64,000 bases of DNA from an archaeon (lineage in GTDB: Archaea > Aenigmatarchaeota > Aenigmatarchaeia > Aenigmatarchaeales > JACQIB01), in NCBI GenBank assembly GCA_035291225.1, contig DATDSO010000004.1, positions 490,765-554,764 of the forward strand, read 5' to 3'. Position numbers and translations under genes: made by a program. Below the pieces are notes generated by a model. That model had not been told where the DNA came from, searched no databases, and saw nothing but the letters and a program-made list of their open reading frames with translations. Below, piece by piece: positions 9,959-17,430 of this stretch; positions within the stretch are counted from its first letter, which is position 1, and every line of letters begins with the position of its first letter.

Positions 9959-11422
9959 CTACGCACGCTCTGCATATCTCCAAACCTCCCATGGAGAAGG
10001 TCTTATTGCCGCCTGAACATGCTCTTCCATTTTCAATCCCACCCAAGTTCCAATTAAATCTGGGGTGAAAACTTCTCCTCGCAAAAGAAAATCATAATCC
10101 CTTTCCAGTTCTTCCACAGATTCCCGCAGAGAACCTGGAAGTTCTCTTATGCCAAGAGATTCTCTTTCAGGTTTTGTTAGATGATAAATATCTTTATCAA
10201 CAGGATTTCCCGGTTCAATTTTCTTTCTAATCCCATCCAGACCAGCCATAAGCATCGCGGCTTCAGCCAAATAAATATTGCAGCTTGGGTCAGGAGTTCT
10301 GAATTCCACTCGGACAGCAGCGGGGTTTCCTTTTTCATATCTTGGGATTCTGATATTTGCAGATCTATTTCCTCGGCTCCATGCAATAAAAATTGGAGCC
10401 TCATATCCTGGCACAAGCCTGCGGTAAGAGTTGGGCGTCGGATTTGTTATTGCGCAAAGCGCGCGCGAGTGCTCCATCAAGCCGCCGATATAGTATCTGG
10501 CTTCCTGAGAAAGCTCTGCATATTCATCGCTGGGGTCAGACATTACATTAACAGCACTTGAATCTTTCGCATCGGGATCTCCTTTCCACAAGGACTGGTG
10601 GACATGCATACCGCTTCCATTGTCTCCGAAGAATGGCTTTGGCATAAAAGTGGCTGTCATTCCATTTTGCTTTGCGACATGCGTTACAACCATTTTGTAT
10701 GTTGTCACCATGTCGCCCATTCTAACCAAGCTGTCGCGCCTCAAATTTATTTCGCATTGAGCGGATGCAACTTCGTGGTGATGGGCGTCAACGCTTATTC
10801 CTGCATTATCTCTTAGAATTTTGCAAATTTCGGCTCTGATATCAGAAAGCGTATCAGGCGTATCAGGATAATAGCTTCCTTTCCTCGGAGCAGACGAGCC
10901 TCGCTCTCCCTGCCATGGCGCCTCTCTTGACAAAATTCTCGCACCACTGCCTCCCATTGGTAATTCGGGGGCTTGCGGATGCGGCCAGAATTCAACACTA
11001 TCAAAAACAAAAAATTCCAGCTCGGGTCCCCACAGAGTTCTGTATCCTAAACTTTCAGCATGCGCTTCTGCTTTCTGCGCAACATATCTCGGATCGCGCG
11101 AAAATCTTTTTCCTCCGAGGCCCGCGCCGTCATAACAATCTACAATAAATCTTCCTGCGGGATATTTTCCCCAAGGAAGCTTCATAAAAGTTGAAGGGTC
11201 CGGAACCATCACCATGTCAGATTCTTCTATGCCTTTGAAACCTGTGATAGAACTTCCGTCTAATTTCGCAACGCCTCTTTCAAAAGATTTTTCGCTCACC
11301 TCATAAACCGGAACTGCGATGTGCTGCAAGTTTCCAGGCAAATCCAAAAAATGTAATTCTACAAACTCCACACCACTGTCCTTCAGGGCTCTCATTCCCG
11401 CGGCCCCGTCATATGCTGTCAT
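9959..11422 (-). CDS. glnA: Glutamine synthetase, type I
   Basis: 487 aa. Motifs FMPKPFFGDNGSGMHVHQSLW and the N-terminal beta-grasp. Divergent from the lrp gene. Confidence 0.92.
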   Translation of the reverse strand: MTAYDGAAGMRALKDSGVEFVELHFLDLPGNLQHIAVPVYEVSEKSFERGVAKLDGSSITGFKGIEESDMVMVPDPSTFMKLPWGKYPAGRFIVDCYDGAGLGGKRFSRDPRYVAQKAEAHAESLGYRTLWGPELEFFVFDSVEFWPHPQAPELPMGGSGARILSREAPWQGERGSSAPRKGSYYPDTPDTLSDIRAEICKILRDNAGISVDAHHHEVASAQCEINLRRDSLVRMGDMVTTYKMVVTHVAKQNGMTATFMPKPFFGDNGSGMHVHQSLWKGDPDAKDSSAVNVMSDPSDEYAELSQEARYYIGGLMEHSRALCAITNPTPNSYRRLVPGYEAPIFIAWSRGNRSANIRIPRYEKGNPAAVRVEFRTPDPSCNIYLAEAAMLMAGLDGIRKKIEPGNPVDKDIYHLTKPERESLGIRELPGSLRESVEELERDYDFLLRGEVFTPDLIGTWVGLKMEEHVQAAIRPSPWEVWRYAERA

Positions 11423-11550
11423 ACCTCCATTTTATCATACTTCAGGATAAATACTTTTATACAAAGATAATGATACTTTGTAGCTGTAATAAGCTTTAAA
11501 TATATACAAATGTCTATTTTATAATAAAAAAAGATTAAATTTGTGAACAT
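11423..11550. promoter_or_regulatory. Divergent glnA / lrp promoter region
   Basis: AT-rich 128-bp spacer with GCTTTAAATATATAC (plus strand) and TGTATAAAAG (minus strand) TATA-like boxes. Confidence 0.5.
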
Positions 11551-12003
11551 ATGTCAATTGAAATTGATAAGATAGATAGGGAAATACTGCGCGAACTGCT
11601 ATCGGGCGCGCGAAAATCCTACAGGGAAATCGCGCGAAAAGTTGGAGTCACCACAACGACTGTAATAAAGCGCGTTGCGAAGCTGAAAAAAGAAAAGGCC
11701 ATAAAAGGCGATACAGTAATTCTTGATCCGGAAAAGCTTGGCTTCAGCTTTACTGTAATGATTGAGATTATTTTTTCCAAAGGGAGATTGCTTGAAACAG
11801 AAGAAACGATAGCAAAGCACTACAATGTTTTCGCTGTTTATGATTTGACAGGAGAGCGCGATGCGGTGATTCTTGCGCGCTTCAGGGACAGGGCAGAGCT
11901 GAATGCTTTTGTGAAAAATCTTTTAAAAAATCCTTCTGTCGAGCGCACGAACACACATATAGTTTTGAACACAATTAAAGAAGACTGGAGAGTGCCTGTT
12001 TGA
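11551..12003 (+). CDS. lrp: Lrp/AsnC-family transcriptional regulator
   Basis: 150 aa. N-terminal HTH (LRELLSGARKSYREIARKVGVTTTTVIKRV) plus C-terminal RAM domain. Divergent promoter region shared with glnA (11423-11550). Confidence 0.85.
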   Translation: MSIEIDKIDREILRELLSGARKSYREIARKVGVTTTTVIKRVAKLKKEKAIKGDTVILDPEKLGFSFTVMIEIIFSKGRLLETEETIAKHYNVFAVYDLTGERDAVILARFRDRAELNAFVKNLLKNPSVERTNTHIVLNTIKEDWRVPV

Positions 12004-12037
12004 ATTTTTTTAAATAGCCGTGCACAGCTTTATTTCT

Positions 12038-13294
12038 ATGCAAGATTTCATTAGAGTGACAGATGTCTCATCTCATGTAGGCAAGGAAGTTTCCCTCCGC
12101 GGCTGGGTTTATCGCAAGCGCGAGCAGAAAGAAATTGTTTTTCTTGTTCTCAGGGACGCGAGCGGAACTGTTCAAGTTGCCTGCAAAAATATTCCCGAAG
12201 CAGCTGCGGCAACAATTGAGTCAAGCATTGAAATTTTTGGGGAAGTGAAAGAAGACAAGCGCGCCCCCGGAGGCTTTGAAATTTCCGCGAGCAAAATAAA
12301 AATTATCGGGCTCGCTGAAAGATTTCCAATTGGAAAAGATTTAAGCGAGGAATTTTTGCGCGATGTGCGCCATCTTTGGATTCGCTCGCGCAAGCTTACA
12401 GAAATTTTCAAAATCCGCTCTGCGGTTTTTCAGGCTATCAGAGAATTCTACACAAGCAGGGGATTTTACGAAGTGCAGTCTCCAAGCTTTACAGCAAATG
12501 CAGTTGAGGGCGGCTCAACTTTGTTTGAAGTGAAATTTCCCGGAAAGAAAGTTTTTCTCTCGCAGAGCTGGCAGCTTTATGCCGAGGCAATGATTTTTTC
12601 TCTGGAGAAAATTTTTACAATCGCGCCGAGCTTCCGCGCGGAAAAATCCAGAACTATAAGGCATTTGGCAGAATACTGGCATCATGAAATGGAAGCCGCA
12701 TGGATGGGTTTTGATGAGCTTTTGAAATTTGAAGAGGATCTAATTTTGTTTGTTGTGGATTATGTTTTGAAAAATTGCGGAAAAGAATTGAAAGAATTGG
12801 GGCGCGACATAGAGGAATTAAAAAGTTTGAAAGCTCCATTCAGCAGACTGACTTATGAAAAAATGCTGAAAGAAACCGGGAAAAAATGGGGCGATGACAT
12901 TACAGACGCAGAGGAACGCGAGCTTGTGAAAAAACTCGGAGGCGCGCCGATTTTTCTCACGCACTTCCCGCGGGACATGAAAGCTTTTTACATGCGTCCG
13001 GACCCGAAAAATCCAAAAGTTGTTTTAGCAGCTGATTTGCTTTTGCCCGGAGTTGGCGAGACAACCGGAGGCTCTGAGCGCATAGAAACAGTAGAAGATT
13101 TGCTGGACTCTCTGAAAATTTTCAAGCTCAACAAAAAAGATTATGAGTGGTACATTGATTTGCGCAGATACGGCTCTGTTCCGCATTCAGGATTCGGCTT
13201 GGGAATTGAAAGGCTTGTGATGTGGCTTACAGGAACAGGGCACATTTTTGACACAATTCCGTTTCCAAGGACAATGGACAGGGTTTATCCTTAA
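12038..13294 (+). CDS. asnS: Asparaginyl-tRNA synthetase (class IIb)
   Basis: Matches AsnRS-specific blocks (FRAEKSRTIRHLAEYW, KAFYMR, GGSERIE, DYEWYIDLRRYGSVPHSGFGLGIERL, IPFPRT). The track ORF starts at GTG 12020, but ATG 12038 sits 28 nt downstream of TATA TTTTTAAATAG (12006-12016). Confidence 0.9.
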   Translation: MQDFIRVTDVSSHVGKEVSLRGWVYRKREQKEIVFLVLRDASGTVQVACKNIPEAAAATIESSIEIFGEVKEDKRAPGGFEISASKIKIIGLAERFPIGKDLSEEFLRDVRHLWIRSRKLTEIFKIRSAVFQAIREFYTSRGFYEVQSPSFTANAVEGGSTLFEVKFPGKKVFLSQSWQLYAEAMIFSLEKIFTIAPSFRAEKSRTIRHLAEYWHHEMEAAWMGFDELLKFEEDLILFVVDYVLKNCGKELKELGRDIEELKSLKAPFSRLTYEKMLKETGKKWGDDITDAEERELVKKLGGAPIFLTHFPRDMKAFYMRPDPKNPKVVLAADLLLPGVGETTGGSERIETVEDLLDSLKIFKLNKKDYEWYIDLRRYGSVPHSGFGLGIERLVMWLTGTGHIFDTIPFPRTMDRVYP

Positions 13295-13350
13295 GCAGGA
13301 TTCTAAAAACCTTTAAAAACTCTACTAATTAGTGAGATACTTCTGATAAA

Positions 13351-13731
13351 ATGTACAGAGATATAAGAGTTAAACGGAAAGGAACAGATTTGAAAAGATT
13401 CTATCCACAAGATATTTGGATTGATGTGCTTGCGAACGTGGAGAGAGACGAATACAATCAACTTCCATGCAATAGAGTTAACAAATATAATGTTGGAGCC
13501 GGCTGCGAAGGCTGTTTATATCTTAGAGAAAGATTTTCAATTCCAGGAGAGCTTCAGGAAGGCATGTCCGAAGCCAAAAAAGTTTCGGAATCCTGCCTCG
13601 TGTCAGAAGCAGAAGCAAGGCTTAAAAAAAGAGAATCAAAAAGCATTCGGGCAGTTGAAGACAGCAAATTGGGAATATATGCTGAAGAAGACGAAAAACA
13701 CGGCTTTGGTTTTGTTTTTCTTCAAATTTAA
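13351..13731 (+). CDS. Hypothetical small Cys-containing protein
   Basis: 126 aa ORF. An overlapping alternative frame (13421..13771) makes the call uncertain. Confidence 0.35.
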   Translation: MYRDIRVKRKGTDLKRFYPQDIWIDVLANVERDEYNQLPCNRVNKYNVGAGCEGCLYLRERFSIPGELQEGMSEAKKVSESCLVSEAEARLKKRESKSIRAVEDSKLGIYAEEDEKHGFGFVFLQI

Positions 13732-13756
13732 ATCCGTCCATACAAATTCTTTCTGT

Positions 13757-13977
13757 GGGCCCTTAGCATAGCCTGGATTTTTTGGAAAGGCAAATAGTGC
13801 GGCTGGCTTCGGCGCAGGGTGCAAACTTCGTTTACACCCCGCACCCCTATTATGGGATGCGATGAAACCAGCAGATCGGGGGTTCAAATGAAATGTCGCG
13901 AAGCGATAATTTCGGGAGAATAAACCCTTAAGGAGGGCGGAGCCCTTCTTGGGGTGAAATTCCCTCAGGGCTCACCA
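13757..13977 (+). tRNA. tRNA-Arg (anticodon UCG) with three introns: D-loop (13778-13794), anticodon 37/38 (13813-13866), T-loop 60/61 (13890-13961); CCA encoded
   Basis: Exons assemble to GGGCCCT-TA-GCAT-AGCCTGGA..TA-GTGC-G-GCTGG-CTTCGG..A-CCAGC-AGATC-GGGGG-TTCAAAT..CCCTC-AGGGCTC-A-CCA with all stems base-paired. TATA CAAATTTAAATCC at 13723-13735 (about -27). Confidence 0.6.
13813..13866 (+). ncRNA. Conserved about 55-nt element, copy 1 (identical with the 37/38 intron of tRNA-Arg)
   Basis: CGCAGGGTGCAAACTTCGTTTACACCCCGCACCCCTATTATGGGATGCGATGAAA. About 80% identical to copy 2. Internal hairpin GGGTGCAAAC-TTCG-TTTACACCC. Confidence 0.5.
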
Positions 13978-14126
13978 ATCCACCTTCTCTTTCTTTTCTG
14001 TTCTGAACTTGAAAAAGAAAGAGAATGTAGGCTTCAGTAAAAATCTGAAAGATTTTTACGCGCAGAAAAATTCCCTGAAGGAATTATTTCTGTTACCAAG
14101 AGAAAGAAAAAATTTCATAACTTCTT

Positions 14127-14158
14127 CGTGAAACCATTTTATTTTAAAGCCGACAAAA
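14127..14158 (+). promoter_or_regulatory. Promoter with upstream CGTGAAACC element plus TATA (TTTATTTTAAAG) for gene 14171
   Basis: Near-identical motif repeated upstream of gene 14785. TATA centred about -27. Confidence 0.55.
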
Positions 14159-14170
14159 TTAAATTTTAAT

Positions 14171-14671
14171 ATGCCAGAACAAGCAAAACGTTATTTAAAC
14201 GAGTCATCATTAAAGGATATGAGAGAATCCTCAAAGATTGCATTTGATTGGATTGCCGGGTTTACGCCAGAGAAGAAAGTTAAAGTTTTTTCTTCTGACA
14301 GTGTCAAGTTAACTGAAGAATTTATTACTTTTTGTTTATCAAAGGATACAAAACTTGCGAGAGCGATAAAAGCCGCCAAAGAAGGAAAGGCAACTGCAGA
14401 CGAGAAAGAATCTATTGATAACATGATATTATGTTTGGGTGCTTATCTGGGAGAGACTGTAATAAAGAATTTTGGCGGAAAATGGACATTTGATGATAGT
14501 AGAAAAACTTTTTCAGTAACTGAAATCCCTCGGAATGCCGGCGGGCTTATCACAGTATTTCCAATGTCAAAAATCACTAAAAGATTTTTTCTTGGTAAAG
14601 AGGATTCAATAGCGTGGTGGTATCAAGGTACAGAAATTTCTATAAAAGAGAAAGTTTATTATAAAATTTGA
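14171..14671 (+). CDS. Hypothetical protein
   Basis: 166 aa. Promoter motif CGTGAAACC-N-TTTATTTTAAAGCC at 14127-14158, shared with the next gene. Confidence 0.55.
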   Translation: MPEQAKRYLNESSLKDMRESSKIAFDWIAGFTPEKKVKVFSSDSVKLTEEFITFCLSKDTKLARAIKAAKEGKATADEKESIDNMILCLGAYLGETVIKNFGGKWTFDDSRKTFSVTEIPRNAGGLITVFPMSKITKRFFLGKEDSIAWWYQGTEISIKEKVYYKI

Positions 14672-14740
14672 TGATTCGCCAGAGCCAGATTTTTGAGCAG
14701 AAATCTCAACTAAACCGCTTAGCGTTTTTATCCACCTCTC

Positions 14741-14772
14741 CGTGAAACCGCTTTATTTTAAAGCCAGTAAAA
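14741..14772 (+). promoter_or_regulatory. Promoter with upstream CGTGAAACC element plus TATA for gene 14785
   Basis: CGTGAAACCGCTTTATTTTAAAGCCAGTAAAA versus CGTGAAACCATTTTATTTTAAAGCCGACAAAA. Confidence 0.55.
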
Positions 14773-14784
14773 CCAAATTATTTT

Positions 14785-15390
14785 ATGCCCAAGCGCGCAA
14801 AGCATTCTAAATTGAAAAGAAAAGTTTCTCATGCAAAGCATAAAGTTTCCCGTGCGGCGAAGAAAGTCAGAAAAATCGCGCACAAGAAAATTTCTGTAGT
14901 AAAGAAAGAGATTTCTTCTACGACCAAAAAATTCAAATCCTCTGTTACAGAATTTCTGGAAAAGCACAAAATTTCATTTGAAGTCCAGCCGCACAAGAAA
15001 GATGTTTGGTCCGCAGAAGATATTGCGGCCCAGAGAAAAGTTCCGCTCAAGCAGGTTGTGAAATGCCTGGTTTTGACAGACGGTACAAATCATGTTGTCG
15101 CGTGCGTGCCTGGGGACAGAAAAGTAAAAGCAGGATTAGTAAAGCAAACTGCCGGCACAGGAAAATTAGAATTTTTACACGAGAAGCATTTGAAAAAAGT
15201 TACAGGGCATCCTTTGGGAACAACTTCTCCAATAGGGCTCGCGAGCAAAGTTCCTGTTGTAATTGATGAGCGCTTGGCAAAATTAAAACATGTTTCCATT
15301 TCCAGCGGGCACAAAAAATTTGGAATAAAAGTTTCCACAAAAGATTTGCTGAAAGTTTCCGGCGCGCAGGTTGCGAAGATTTCTGAGTGA
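14785..15390 (+). CDS. YbaK/ProX-type aminoacyl-tRNA deacylase domain protein with Lys-rich N-terminal extension
   Basis: C-terminal about 150 aa resembles the YbaK family (VTGHPLGTTSPIGL...VVIDERL). The N-terminal 60 aa is extremely K/R-rich (possible tRNA-binding tail). Confidence 0.7.
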   Translation: MPKRAKHSKLKRKVSHAKHKVSRAAKKVRKIAHKKISVVKKEISSTTKKFKSSVTEFLEKHKISFEVQPHKKDVWSAEDIAAQRKVPLKQVVKCLVLTDGTNHVVACVPGDRKVKAGLVKQTAGTGKLEFLHEKHLKKVTGHPLGTTSPIGLASKVPVVIDERLAKLKHVSISSGHKKFGIKVSTKDLLKVSGAQVAKISE

Positions 15391-15452
15391 TTTCTGTTTT
15401 TCCAGATAGATTTAAATGTTTTTCAATTTAATTATTACAGTGAGTTGATTAA

Positions 15453-16022
15453 ATGACAGATGAAGCTATCGAAGCCTTTCCTGAGCCAGATCCAGAGCTT
15501 GCTGCACTTATTTCATGTATAGCCCCAATGCAATTTGTGCGTTGGGCCAGAGAAGAAACAAATAAAAAAAGAATAGAACTTCGTGAGGCCCCAATTTCAC
15601 CAACCGATATGGAAGATAGCAGCCTTATGTGGATTCACATAACAGGAATGTTAGGCATGACTGCTGTTGGCTTTGGCAGAGGAGCTCATCAATATTTAAT
15701 TCTGAAAATTGATAATGAAAGAGCAAGGCTTTATGATCCGATGAGGGGCAAAAGGCAAGTGGCTGCATCTGAAGTAAGTTATGATAGCGTTAGATTCTCG
15801 AAAAATATTTTTTCTAGAGCCAATAAAGCAAGAGGGGCTGGTGCGGTATTAAAAGACTTTCTATCTGCTGAAGAATATGAGCTTGATGTTAGTTTGGGTA
15901 GAATACAAGAAGACAGGTATAACTGTTGCCCGCTTGCTCTTTATGCCGCATTGCTTGCAAACGCAAAAAGCCCAAGATACGCACGGGAGCTTAATGTTGA
16001 AGAAATAAAGAGAATCGCCTAG
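15453..16022 (+). CDS. Hypothetical protein
   Basis: 189 aa globular ORF. Confidence 0.55.
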   Translation: MTDEAIEAFPEPDPELAALISCIAPMQFVRWAREETNKKRIELREAPISPTDMEDSSLMWIHITGMLGMTAVGFGRGAHQYLILKIDNERARLYDPMRGKRQVAASEVSYDSVRFSKNIFSRANKARGAGAVLKDFLSAEEYELDVSLGRIQEDRYNCCPLALYAALLANAKSPRYARELNVEEIKRIA

Positions 16023-16063
16023 AGAAGAATTATTTAAATCTATGTTTGTTATCTTTTAATTGG

Positions 16064-16234
16064 GCTCCCATCGTCTAGTCCGGTCAAATTTGCCGAGAGG
16101 ATCAGAGCTTCTCAAGCTCTTGACATGGGTGGCGTATTTCAATTTCAGATTTGCGCCCATGAATTCAAACTAAGTGAAGCAAGTTTCACACGCTTTCAAA
16201 AGCTTCGCTTTCAAAAATCCCGTTGGGGGCACCA
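16064..16234 (+). tRNA. tRNA-Glu (anticodon CUC), intron-containing with unresolved non-canonical insertions (D-loop about 11 nt, T-arm about 80 nt); CCA encoded
   Basis: Acceptor GCTCCCA/TGGGGGC-A-CCA. Archaeal tRNA-Glu D-loop signature TAGTCCGGTCAA. Anticodon arm AGAGC-TTCTCAA-GCTCT. T-stem ATGGG/CCCGT separated by an insert. TATA ATTATTTAAATC at 16029-16040 (-28). Confidence 0.45.
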
Positions 16235-16256
16235 GTTTTATCTAATTTCAAAAAAA

Positions 16257-16496
16257 TTATTTCGCGTACTCTGCTGCTTTTGCGACATAATCCCCGGAAG
16301 AAATATCAGTAGGCTCAATTGTGCAATCAAAGCAATGCTGATTAGTTTGCACGCCACAGTACCTTATTTTTGGATCCCAGCCGATCTTTCCTTCTTGCAG
16401 GCACAACTCCTGCAAAGTCAATTCTATGAAATCCTTCTCATTTTCACTTAAATGAGGGTTGTCGGTATGATGCAAAAAACCAACGCGCCTTGCCAT
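16257..16496 (-). CDS. Small hypothetical Cys-containing protein
   Basis: Likely start MARRVGF. Globular sequence ...HTDNPHLSENEKDFIELTLQELCLQEGKIGWDPKIRYCGVQTNQHCFDC... Confidence 0.4.
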   Translation of the reverse strand: MARRVGFLHHTDNPHLSENEKDFIELTLQELCLQEGKIGWDPKIRYCGVQTNQHCFDCTIEPTDISSGDYVAKAAEYAK

Positions 16497-16546
16497 GATT
16501 TTAATTACCAGAAAAACTTTATAAAGTGGTGTGCAGAAAATAAATA

Positions 16547-17380
16547 ATGCGAAAGCGCACAAATTATTTCAAGATTTTCTTTGTGACAGCAGTTTTTGCC
16601 TTGGCTATATATGCGAGCGTTATTAGCGCGCAGACTTATGGCGGTGGGAAAATTTCGATTCAAGGAAAACTTTCTGACGCAGACGGAAAGCCGCTTGATG
16701 GAAATTTTCAGCTGAAATTTGATTTTCTAAGTGCCGCGAATAATGTTTTGATAAAATCTGTTGGGCCTCAGGCTGTTAGTGTTAAAAAAGGATTTTTCAC
16801 TGCTCAGATTGATCCAACAGGTTTGAGCTTTACTATTCCGTATTTAGTTGATGTTTCAGTTGAGGGGCAGAAGCTTTCTCCAAGTTTTATTCTTTCTTAT
16901 GCGCCTTACGCTTTGAGGGCTGTGAATGCTGATTCTGCGGTTAGTGCTGCAAGTGCTGCTGCGCTTTCTGGGAATTTGGATGCCTCAAAAATTTCTGGTC
17001 AAATCACAAACACGCAAATACAAAATTTGGACGCCTCAAAACTTACTGGCAGCTTAAGCGTTGACAGAATTTCTGATGGCTCTGTAACTGGCGCGAAAAT
17101 AAAGGATGGGGATGTTTCTTTGAGCGATGTGGGGTTTGTTGCCGGCGGGAAAAAATCTGGACAAAATAGCTATGGAATTCAATTTGCAATAGATTCTCAA
17201 TATGGAAGGAGAAATGCTTTTTCTCTCGGAACAACTCCTCTTGTAGTTTGCAGCACAGAAACCGCGAAAACATTTTGTGTAGCTGGAGCAATTACTAACA
17301 ACGGCTTCACTGCGATTGTTTATGATAATAATGGAGCTCTGACATCTGCGCCCATAAATTGGATCGCCATTGGCAGCTAA
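16547..17380 (+). CDS. Secreted beta-rich protein with tail-fibre/collar-like short repeats
   Basis: Signal peptide (FFVTAVFALAIYASVISAQT). Repeats LDASKISGQITNTQIQNLDASKLTGSLSVDRISDGSVTGAKIKDGDVS resemble the short collar repeats of phage tail fibres and adhesins (resemblance only; nothing was aligned). Confidence 0.65.
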   Translation: MRKRTNYFKIFFVTAVFALAIYASVISAQTYGGGKISIQGKLSDADGKPLDGNFQLKFDFLSAANNVLIKSVGPQAVSVKKGFFTAQIDPTGLSFTIPYLVDVSVEGQKLSPSFILSYAPYALRAVNADSAVSAASAAALSGNLDASKISGQITNTQIQNLDASKLTGSLSVDRISDGSVTGAKIKDGDVSLSDVGFVAGGKKSGQNSYGIQFAIDSQYGRRNAFSLGTTPLVVCSTETAKTFCVAGAITNNGFTAIVYDNNGALTSAPINWIAIGS

Positions 17381-17430
17381 TTTCTTCAAATTCAATCAAT
17401 TTAAAAAGTTTACTATACAAATAATTTCCT

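Noticed and set aside
12020-13294. Aspartyl-tRNA synthetase call for this class IIb enzyme
   Set aside because: Motif blocks (RHLAEYW, KAFYMR, GGSERIE, DYEWYIDLRRYGSVPHSGFGLGIERL) match AsnRS rather than AspRS, whose signature is GGGIRIHR. Called asnS.
13740-13990. First read as a degenerate pseudo-tRNA plus unrelated ncRNA
   Set aside because: Allowing three introns gives a perfectly paired tRNA-Arg. The 'unrelated ncRNA' is its anticodon intron.
16125-16451. 108-aa plus-strand ORF
   Set aside because: Overlaps the tRNA-Glu-like gene and the better-looking minus-strand ORF 16257..16496. The sequence is low-complexity.
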